A stretch of DNA of 32,781 nt from Chiloscyllium plagiosum (Eukaryota), in NCBI RefSeq assembly GCF_004010195.1, contig NC_057751.1, positions 16,071,188 through 16,103,968 on the forward strand. Reading direction: 5' to 3'. The notes beneath the pieces were generated by a model. The model did no database searches. It was not told where the DNA came from and saw only the letters and a program-made list of their open reading frames with translations. Position numbers and translations under genes: made by a program. Below, in pieces: positions 23,726 through 32,781 of the stretch (position 1 is its first letter; each line of letters starts with the position of its first letter).

Positions 23726-24364
23726 TTCTCCACCCGCCGTAGACACGTAAACTGAACATTTCACAGAGTTGGCCTCAGTACCCTTGCACCCTCTAGAGGC
23801 GAGCAACTGATCTGATGCAATGAAAAAGATGACTTGAATGTTGTTTCAGGCTTCACAAACTGAGCTGTTTAATGGAAAAGCCATGAGCTTTCAGCGCCCC
23901 CTGCCTACAGTGCACTGCAGTTCACTGATTGTGTATAGTATTTACAACACAGGCAGGCCATTCAGCCTCCTGGCTGCCGTGCTATACCTCTCCATCCAAC
24001 CCTGTCACGTGAATCCTCCTCTTGCTCTCTCTCGCTCGCTCGCTCATCTTCTTTGGCTCCCCCCACCTCCCTGACATAAAAGCGGCACCATCCCCGTCCC
24101 ACACTTAAATTCCCGAATCCCCCCCCCCCAATCCCGACCCTGAGGATAAAGGCAACGTGTGATACCGAGCGACACAGACTGAGACACGGGTGACGCCAAA
24201 TGTTCTGCAGCTTCAGGAGGTCGGCTGGTAGGTGTGGGTGCTCTCGGCCGTTTGTATTTCTCTGCGTCCCCAATGCTAAATTGGCAAAGGAGGCGGACCC
24301 CCCCCTTCCTGACCTTCCCCCACCCCCAACCGAACCCATCCACGCCAAAGGAGGTCTGACGGGC

Positions 24365-24998
24365 CTACAGCACGACACTGACGGCAATACAGTTGTTGGC
24401 GGGTGCGATCTTCCTCCTGCAGGCGAACATCCTCTTCAGCTCGGCCCGGAAGCGGTCGTGAAGCCAGGCGTAGAGGAAAGGGTTGCAGCAGGCCGACGTC
24501 ATGGCGACACAGTGGCACAGCAGCTGGATCAGGTTGAAGTAGTCCTTGTCGATCAGGCTGATGTCGATGTCACGGATGATGTTAAAGACGTGCAGCGGCA
24601 GCCAGCAGGCCCCAAACGCCGCCACCACCAGCACCAGGAGCCGGAAGATCTTCTTGCGCCGCACCTTCTCCCACCGTTCCTGGCCGTGTGTGGCGTTGCC
24701 GGGCACCACCCTCTTCCTCAGCTTGAGGGTGATGCGCAGGTAGGACAGGGAGACGGCGGACAGCGGCAGGATGTAGGTGATAATCAGGGTGCTGTAGGCG
24801 TACGCCAGGTGCTGCCTCTCCAGCCCCATCCAGAACTCCTCACAGATGGTCAGGTCCTGGTCTCGGAACCGAATGTGGAAGGTGTGGGCGAGAGCTGGAG
24901 CTGCCAGTGCGCACGACACGAGCCAGACCCCGGCCAGGATGTAGGTGCAGGTGCCGATGGAGATGCGCTTCCTCAGCGGGTGCACCGTGGCGTAATAC
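24365..24998 (-). CDS. PRLHR: PRLHR-family GPCR, coding exon 2 (DRY to stop)
   Basis: Acceptor cctttgacccgtcag|G TAT TAC GCC. Splicing restores DRYYATVHPL in frame. Contains CWLP (TM6), NPFLY (TM7) and C-terminal VSVVL (PDZ-type end like mammalian PRLHR), then TAG. The spliced protein is 352 aa. Confidence 0.93.
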
Positions 24999-25679
24999 CT
25001 GACGGGTCAAAGGCAGGCACTGAGTATCAGCAAAGACTCACATGGAGGGAGAAAACACAGAACAAGGGGACACTGTGCTCCAACTCAGTGTTTCTTAACT
25101 TATGGAGGGACAGATTGGGCCTCTGAAGTTCAGGAGAATGAGAGGCTACCTTATCAAAACATAAACTACTCCCCGGGGACTTGATGGGATCGAGGTGGGG
25201 AACTGGTTTCCCCATGTGGGAGAGTCCAGGACCAGAGGGTGTAATACCAGAGAAAGGGGTCACCCATTGAAGACAGATGACAAGGAATTCCTTCCCTCCG
25301 AGTGGACTGAATCTATGGAAGGCTGGGTCGGGAGGTATACTCAAGGCCAAGATAGATTGAAATCAGGAAGGAGAGCTGAAGGTTATGGGGGAAGAAAAGG
25401 AGGAGAGAAGAGTTGAGGATAATCAGATTGGCCATCGAATGGTGGAGCAGACTCCGAGTCTTATAGTCTTACCTTCGCAGTTGGAGCAGCTAAGAGGTTT
25501 CGGGTGAAAGGAGGTTTCTGTTGTGATAGGTTGAGCAGATCGGACTGCAGATTTCGAACAATGAGAGGTGACCTGCTGAGGGATAGGATTCCCAAGGGTG
25601 GAGGCTGACAGAAGTTCTGGTGGGAACCAGTGCGAGGGGATGCAGATTCAAAAGCATTTAAGACAAGGATGAGAAATTC

Positions 25680-26110
25680 ACCAAAGATCCTCAGACTGCA
25701 CCTTTCAAACCCACGATCACTTCCAGCTAGAAGGATAAGGGGCAGCAGATACACGGGAACACCATCCCCTGCAAGATCCCCTCCAAGCCACTCACCATCC
25801 CAACCTGGAAATATACTGCCATTCCATCAGTGTCATTGAGTCGGAATCCTGGAATTCCCTCCCTAAGGGCATTGTGGGTCAACTCACAGCAGGTGGACTG
25901 CAGCGATTCAAGAAGGCAGTTCCAGCTGCCTTCCAGCTCGGCGAACAGAACCACAACAACGAGCACCCGAGCTACAAATCTTCGCACAAACTTTGAATTC
26001 AAGAAGGCAGCTCACCCCCACCTTCTCAAGGAGAAACTAGGAAGGGGGCAATAAATGCTGGCCAGCCAGCAATGCTCACATCCCTCAAACGAATAAATAA
26101 TGAAAAAGAA
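25680..26110 (+). mobile_element. LINE (CR1/L2-group) 3' end in the PRLHR intron
   Basis: Same family as 4150-4475; ends gcaataaatgctggccagccagcaatgctcacatccc. Confidence 0.75.
25920..25996 (+). mobile_element. 77-bp insertion with 14-bp TSD, probably the 3' end of a second Penelope-like family
   Basis: ATTCAAGAAGGCAG duplicated at 25906-25919 and 25997-26010. Insert ccagctcggcgaacagaaccacaacaacgagcacccgagctacaaatcttcgcacaaactttga resembles a shark PLE end (from recognition). Confidence 0.6.
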
Positions 26111-27669
26111 TGAGGAGGATTTCTTTTTCCCACTCTGAGGTTCTCTCTCTCAGTGGAGCCCTAGTGCCCTGACTGAAACTGACGGTCGTGTTCGGGTTGA
26201 TCTTTGATCTAAGAGGGAGTCAGCGCACAGCTCAGGGCTGTGAGGGGTGTTTCAGGTCGCTGTCAGGCAGGCCAACCATCTTATGGGAACGTAAGACGAG
26301 GGGGCCTTCGAACAGGTCTCCTCCCGCTCCTTAAATCACACACTCTGACATGACCACCAGCCAAAACCACCCACTCAGAAAGAGGGCCCGTAGCACCCGC
26401 TCCCCCCCCCCCCCACCCCCCCCGCCGGCCTCATAGCTTCACCCCCTAGACACAGGGCTAGGCGTGACCTTCCGGAACGTTCCCGGCAGTCGGGGAAACA
26501 TTTGGTGGCGTGCGGCCCCATGGAAATTTGCCCCTTTCGGCTACAGCATTCCCCCCTGCTGAGGGGGAGGGAAGACCCTCAACCCTTAGAGAGAGGGCTG
26601 ATGTTTGGATATTTGGATATTTTACCAGGCCACAGGGAGGTGTGGGGCAGACTGCAAACTGGCCACTTCACTCGGTGGTCACCGGTGTGGCCGAAAGGGT
26701 GTCACGGTGCTTACGTCACCGGATTGGTGGTGCAGCAGACATGGGTTCAAATCCCAGCGCCAGCGAAATTCTTCATTCAATTTTACTTTTGGAAAGAAAA
26801 ACACATCTGAATTAAGAGGTGACCATAAAAAAAAACTCCATACCATTCAGGCCCAGTCTTCAAGGGAGGGAGATCTACCCTCCATATCTTTATGGTCAGG
26901 GGCTACATGTGACTCCAGGTCCGCAGTGATGTGGCCAATATTTACCATCCCCGCCTCCCCCACTCAGTTCAAGGGAAGTCAGGGACAGACAGCTCATTGC
27001 CAGCCTTATCTGCGGGGCTCCCGTGCAAGAATAAATAAAAGGAGGGGGAAATAAAATTCGGATATCTGGTCAGCATGGACAGTTTGGACCAAAAGTTCTG
27101 TTTCCATGCTGTAAGATAGAATGGCATACTCTTACTCCAGTCATTCACATTCTTACTTTCTCTCGTCCCTGGAACCAATAGCATTCAGTCTGTTTCTGTC
27201 ACCCACACCCCCCTACCCAAACAAGGTCTACACGCCTTTCCCAAACAGCAGATCCCAGAATTGGTCTCAATACTCAAATTAAGGTGAAGCCGGTGACTTA
27301 TAATTTCCAAGGAAAGGTCTGATCTGTTCTGTCCAGCTCTTGGGAGCTGTCCAGTTTTATGCCTGCCCTCCTCCCACACCCCTGTATCTGTTTTCAATAA
27401 ATAGGTGAAGCTTTTAACCCTGAGTGGATCAATGGCAATCTGACAGGGCGACGATAACCTCTGTATAATTGAATCTCATGTTGTCACAGCAGAAAGGAAA
27501 AATTACTTAGTCACTGGCAACATAATTACACACCAAGCCATCATTAGTGCATAGAGATGGCATGTTCAACACTTTAAAACAACAAGTCTCTGCTGTGATT
27601 TTCACTTTCAGGCATTAATCTGTCTCTGCGTCTGTTTGAAGATGAAACTTGCTCCAATTTAAATGCATT

Positions 27670-28145
27670 TGTCAGATTCGTCCAAATGTCCATCAACTTG
27701 AAAGGGTTCAGAAAAGATTTACAAGGATGTTGCCAGGGTTGGAGGGTTTGTGCTACAGAGAGGGGCTGTTTTCCCTGGAGCGTCAGAAGCTGAAGGGTGA
27801 CCTTAGGGAGGTTTACAAAATTATGAAGGGCATGGATAGGGTAAATAGACAAAGTCTTTTCCCTGGGGTGGGGGAGTCCAGAACTAGAGGGCATAGGTTG
27901 AGGGTGAGAAGGGAAAGCTATAAAAGAGACCTAAGGGGCAACGTTTTCACGCAGAGGGTGATACGTGTATGGAATGAGCTGCCAGAAGTAGTGGCGGAGG
28001 CTGGTACAATTTCAATGTTTAAGAGGCATTTGGATGGGTATATGCTGGCAAATGGGACTAGATTAGATTAGGATATCTGGTCGGCGTGGATAAGTTGGAT
28101 AGGAGGGTCTGTTTCTGTGCTGTGCAACTCTGGGACTCCATGACT
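27670..28145 (+). mobile_element. CR1/HER1-like LINE, 5'-truncated 3' end
   Basis: Translates LERVQKRFTRMLPGL...LKGDLREVYKIMKGMDRV...TRGHRL...FTQRVIRVWNELP (CR1 ORF2 C-terminus), then 3' UTR ending gactccatgact. Confidence 0.9.
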
Positions 28146-28559
28146 TTAAGTCAACAATTAAAATTCCAGTGTAAAGACACATGAATATGTTTGCGAGCAG
28201 TAACTGCCCATTCCTGACCACGAACAGGAAAAATGGGATCAGGAAGAGGGGCCAGTCAGCCTACTCCACAATTTGACTAGATCATGGCTAACCTTCTGTC
28301 TCACTGTCCCCTGATAGAATTATTCAGAAATCCATCAATCTCTGCCTTGAATAATCTCAGTGACAGAATCTCCACCGTCCACTGGGTTTTAGAATTGCAA
28401 CGGTCCACACCATCTGAGTGAGGAAATTCCTCCTCGTATCATTCCTAAATGGCCTCTGTCTCTCTTAATTCTGAGACTTTGTCCCTTGTTCTAGCTTTCC
28501 CCTCTCTCTGCCCAGTAGGAAATTCCTTCTTGCATCTACCCTGTAGGATCTTGAGAAAG

Positions 28560-28880
28560 TGATGATGAGATACCTTCTTGGACAGGTACAGTCCATGTGG
28601 TGCAGTGTAGATACGGTTGTGGTGATGTTGGCAGGGGGCAGATTCCGGGATTTTGAAGGAGCAACAGTCAAGGAAAGAAGGGTGATGTAGTTCATCCTAT
28701 ATGAAGTATAGGACAAAGGAACAGTGTATTTTGGAGGGAACTTGCAGGAGGTGCTATCTGCTGTCCCTTGTCCTTCTAGATGGAAGTGGTTGTGGGTTTG
28801 GAAGGTTCTGTCTAAGGTGAATTCCAGCAGTGCATCTTGTAGATGGTACACGCTGCTGCTCCTGAATATCGGTGGTGATG
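28560..28880 (-). mobile_element. LINE (CR1/L2-group) fragment
   Basis: cccttgtccttctagatggaagtggttgtgggtttggaagg...cagtgcatcttgtagatggtacac shared with the other copies. Confidence 0.65.
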
Positions 28881-29464
28881 GTTGATGAAGAGGCATTAAG
28901 GGAAGATGATTGGCATTCCCAAAGCTAGTCTGCCAAGTTCAGTGGGTAACAGGGAAGCCCAATGGAAAGTGCCATTATTATTTCAAAGGGAATGGAGTGT
29001 GAAAGTAGGGAGGTCCTGCTAAAACTATACAAGGCGACAGCTTGAATAACCCAGGAACAATTTTGGTTCCTTTATCGAAGGAAAGGTGGACTGGCATTGG
29101 AGAAGGTTCACTAAATTGATCCCAGGTATGGAAGGACTGTCTTATGAGGAGTGACTTAGTAGGACGAGTGGGGTCTTTACCCATTGGTTGGGACATTGAT
29201 CCGTTGGGCTAAAGTTGTAGGATTGATTTTTACATTGAGTGGGGGATTATGATAGTTAACGTTTCATTGGTCTAATCAATGTAGTGACCAGTTTGGTGTA
29301 TCACATTTGCCTCTGGGAAAACCCCAGTAAAATCCTGTAATCCTGCACCAAATGGGTTTTGCTTTCCCTTCATATGGAGGATTCTGAATTTTAATCAGTC
29401 TGACCTTCTCATGGCAATCACTTTGGTACATCACACGCACACACCACATCCTTTTGTAACAAAT

Positions 29465-29760
29465 GAAAAGAGACCTTATTGAAACTGTCTAAGATTCTTC
29501 AGAGGACTTGATGGGGCAGATGTGGAGCGGTTGTTTCCCCTCGTGAGAGGGTCTCGGACCAGAGGGTGTCATCTCAGAGTAAAGGGTCGAACATTGAAGA
29601 CAGAGATGAGGAGGAATTTCTCCTCTCTGTGGGGAGTGAATCTGTGGAAATCTTTACCACAGTGGGCTGTAGGGGCTGGGTCATGCAGTGTATTCAAGGC
29701 CAAGATAGGTTTTTAATCTGGAAGGGGAATTGAGGAATACGGAGAAAAGCCAGGAAAAGA
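29465..29760 (+). mobile_element. CR1 LINE 3' fragment
   Basis: ERLFPLVRGSRTRGCHLRVKGRTLKTEMRRNFSS...VNLWKSLPQ. Confidence 0.75.
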
Positions 29761-29779
29761 CAGGAAAGGGAAGGCCTTG

Positions 29780-30070
29780 GGCCCATGGTATTAGCACTGG
29801 ACTGTTGATCCAGAGACCCAGGTAATGTTTTCAGGTTCAAATCCCAGCATGGCAGATGGTGGGACTTAAATTCAATTAAACTCTGGCACACGAATCCATT
29901 GTCAATTGTCTGGAAAACCTGTCTGGTTCACTAATGTCCTTTAGGGACAGAAACTGCCATCCTTGCCTGGGCGACATCGGATGCCAGACCCACAGCAACA
30001 TGGTTGACATTTAACTGCCCTCTGGGCCATTAGGGATGGTCAATAAATGCTGACTGAGCTCACATTTCTT
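29780..30070 (+). mobile_element. tRNA-derived SINE sharing its 3' tail with the LINE family at 25680-26110
   Basis: B-box-like ggttcaaatccc and tail ttagggatggtcaataaatgctg. Related degenerate copies at about 26735-27050 (+) and 21190-21330 (-). Confidence 0.6.
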
Positions 30071-30255
30071 GGATAAGTAAAGCAAAATGTTAAGGATGGT
30101 CAGATCAGCCACAATCTCATGGAATGGCAGAGCAGACCCGATGGGCTGAACAGCCCACTACTGCTCCACGGTCTGAGGGCCATCTGTCCAGCCATCTCAC
30201 GTGACATGGTGCCAAGGGGGTGGGGGTCAATCTCAATGTTAAAACCTGCTGTTAC

Positions 30256-30680
30256 CTGTCCACGGCGATGGCGGTGAGCGTGAACACGGACACGTAGACG
30301 GTCACCGGCTGCATCAGGAAGACAAAGTAGCACATGAACTTGCCGAAGATCCAGCCGCGTGGGTGGAAGGCATACGCCAGGGTGAAGGGCACGCAGGTGG
30401 CACACATCAGCATGTCGGAGAAGGCCAGGTTGCCGATGAAGAAGTTGGTGACGTTGTGCATCTTCTTGGTCTTGCAGATGACATAGAGAAGCAGGTAGTT
30501 TCCGACGATACCGACAAACACCACCAGCACGTAGCAGGGGATGATGAGGGGCTTGAACGACTGCAGCAGTTCGACGCCAGTGAACTGTGAGGAACTGTTA
30601 GCACCGTCCGCCAATGCAATCTGATAACTGGTGGTGTTTGCAGGGTACAAGCTCCAGCTCTCTGTCGATATGGACAACAT
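30256..30680 (-). CDS. PRLHR: Prolactin-releasing peptide receptor-family GPCR (PRLHR paralog, PRLHR2-like), coding exon 1 (N-terminus to TM3)
   Basis: ATG at 30680 (gcggtcATG, in-frame TAA upstream). Encodes MLSISTES..., N-glycosylation sequons [24 protein letters not shown]1 GN, TM2 NLAFSD, TM3 [13 protein letters not shown]. Ends at donor AG|GTAAC (phase 2). Which paralog this is remains uncertain. Confidence 0.93.
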
Positions 30681-31029
30681 GACCGCAGTCACCCACCTGT
30701 CCTTGTGAGCAGTTGCCACAGGCTTATTAAATACTTAGGACTGACCAGTCTTAATATTTCAATTTCTGTTTGCTTTGCGACAGCTGGGACTTAATATTTT
30801 CTGGTCACCTTTGCTTTTTCCCCGACCTGAGAGCAGGATTCAACAATCTCAGTTCTCGCCTGTACCAATCAGTTGTTTCTGAAGACTTTTTCCTGTTTTC
30901 TCTCCTCTGTGTAGTGACAGATCTTCTCCTTTGCAGCTCACTCTCTCTATCTCTCGCTCTCTTTCTCTCAATATCTCTCTCCCTCCCCGGCTCTAATTTG
31001 GATGAAATATTACAACTCCATTCAGTCTC
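30681..31029 (-). other. Probable 5' UTR part of the first coding exon of the PRLHR-family gene
   Basis: Strong minus-strand acceptor tctcttccttttcttgtgtttctgcag|G at 31030/31029. Includes a GA-rich simple repeat at about 30940-30985. Confidence 0.5.
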
Positions 31030-31871
31030 CTGCAGAAACACAAGAAAAGGAAGAGATTGCTCTTTGGAAGTTAGAGGAAGGGGCATTTTCTGAAGGTTTA
31101 AAATATTAACAGTGGGGTCGGGGAGCTGGGGTCTGGAATTAACACCGAAATCCGTTAGCTTTGAGCTAATCTGCAATTCATTTTCATGTGACGAAAGCCC
31201 TTTTTTGTTAACCTGAATCCAGGTCTCCTGTTCAGTGAGATGATCGATGTATCAGTCCCACTCAATATTGAAACCCTGCTGCTTTCATAACTATTCATAA
31301 TCTCTGCTTTCTTTTATTAAATTTCAACCTACATTTGCAGCTTCCAAGAAAGCTGATTTCAACAGGCAATCACTTTTAATTTGAGCAGATGAGAAAAGCC
31401 TTTATGAATCATTGTCAAACCATCTAACCAACACGTTAATATTCATTGCAAACACAATTTTGAAACTTGTCCCAAAATAGCAGGCTCAAATAATATGGAT
31501 ATTCAGTGACTGAACGTTCATTAGTTAATGTGAGCACTCAGGGTTTTTATTTTGGGGGTTTCTCATTTACAGAATCAATCACCGACTTCAAATTATTCTG
31601 CAGCTTAAACAGAAATCGGACAGACGAAGGTGCATTTGCGTGGTACCCATGCCTGGTGATGTGTTCTTGTAACACGGATACATATTTGCCTCTTTATTGG
31701 GAAGAGTGCATGCAACCTGCCGTTTGCTTTCCCCCGGAATATTTCAGTACGATGGAACACATGCAGAAGTCAATTAACTTACGAACTGAGCTCTTTCCCT
31801 CTCCTCTCAGATCAGGCTCAGCGATGCCAGGATCCTGCTCTCTCTCTGAGGCTGGCTGGAGAAGCTCTTAC

Positions 31872-31933
31872 CCCTGTGTTCGGCACTGCCTCTGCCTTCT
31901 TCTGAAGCTGAGGAATCCTGCTCATCATAAATA
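31872..31933 (-). promoter_or_regulatory. Candidate core promoter and short non-coding first exon of the PRLHR-family gene
   Basis: TATA-like TATTTAT at 31933-31927 followed by donor GG|GTAAGA at 31872/31871, in non-repetitive sequence. Confidence 0.3.
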
Positions 31934-32169
31934 GCGAGCGACTAGCCCCCTCTGTTGGTCATGAATACCTCTCCCCCCAATCCCGCACACTCACATGCCA
32001 TTGGACTGCTGTCAGCAAATCTTCCCCGCCTCACATGAATACAAAGCCCAGCAAGGATTTTGCAAGCTGCCCACCTCTAAGGGTTTTCTCCCCAGCACTA
32101 CCCCGCTACAACGCCATCTCCTACCACTCTCCCACCTCCACCCCTCACCCTTTCTTGCATCCCTCTCAG

Positions 32170-32695
32170 TCTCATAAAGTCTTACCACATGGAAACAGAC
32201 CCTACAGTCCGGCCAGTCCATGCCAACCATAATCCCAAACTAAACTAATCCCACCTGCCTGCCTGTCCCTCCAAATATTTCTTATTCGTGTACTTATCCA
32301 AATGGCTTTTAAATATTGTAATTGTGCCCAATTTCTTCAGTAAGTCTGTTCCACACACAAACCACCATCAATGGAAAAAATCTGCTCCCATGCCTTTTTA
32401 AAATCTCTCTCCTCTCAGTTAAAAATGTGCCCCCTAGTCTTGAAATCCCCCAGCCCAAGGAGAAGCTACCTACTACGAACCCTATTGATATCTCTCATGA
32501 TTTTATCAACATCGAAAAGGTCACCTTTGAATATCCTCCACGCCAGTGAAAAAGTCCCAGCTTATCCAACCTCCCCTTGTAACTCAAACCCTCCATTCCT
32601 GGCAACATCCTGGTAAATCTGGGTGACTAGAAGTGGCCTTACCAATGTCCTGTACAACCTCAACATGACTCCCCAACTCCTGTATTCAAAGGTCT
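32170..32695 (-). mobile_element. CR1/HER1-like LINE 3' fragment
   Basis: FEYRSWGVMLRLYRTLVRPLL and CR1-type 3' UTR ggtctgtttccatgtg. Confidence 0.8.
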
Positions 32696-32781
32696 GAGCC
32701 GCTCTTGCTGTCTGAGTTCGGAAACCCAATATCCTTCGCCCGCACTGAGACATCAGGGAGAAGGCTTCGAGAGAATTTCAC

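Noticed and set aside
24200-25126. 308-aa plus-strand ORF
   Set aside because: Antisense shadow of GC3-rich PRLHR exon 2; no recognisable domain.
30681-30719. GTG-initiated N-terminal extension of the receptor
   Set aside because: An artefact of alternative starts in the ORF track; ATG 30680 is the first in-frame ATG after a stop.

Overview
Vertebrate genomic DNA, most likely from a cartilaginous fish (shark), judged from HE1-like SINEs, HER1/CR1 LINE fragments and Penelope-like repeats. No prokaryotic features are present. Two protein-coding genes lie on the minus strand. (1) A complete two-coding-exon prolactin-releasing peptide receptor-family GPCR (CDS 30680-30256 + 24998-24365, 352 aa), with its intron inside the DRY motif. 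(2) The CpG-island promoter, a probable 5' non-coding exon and the first coding exon (C2 domain) of RAB11FIP1, which continues off the left edge. The rest is retroelement debris and two minisatellites. The most notable items are: short hairpin-shaped Penelope-like insertions with 13-16 bp target-site duplications, one retaining an intact minimal type I hammerhead ribozyme core (20381-20408, minus) on the same strand as both genes; a complex inversion with duplicated flanks at 21896-23619; and arrays of PBX/PKNOX/MEIS-like motifs in the RAB11FIP1 promoter and both minisatellites. Repeat family names come from recognition, not from a database search, and repeat boundaries are approximate.
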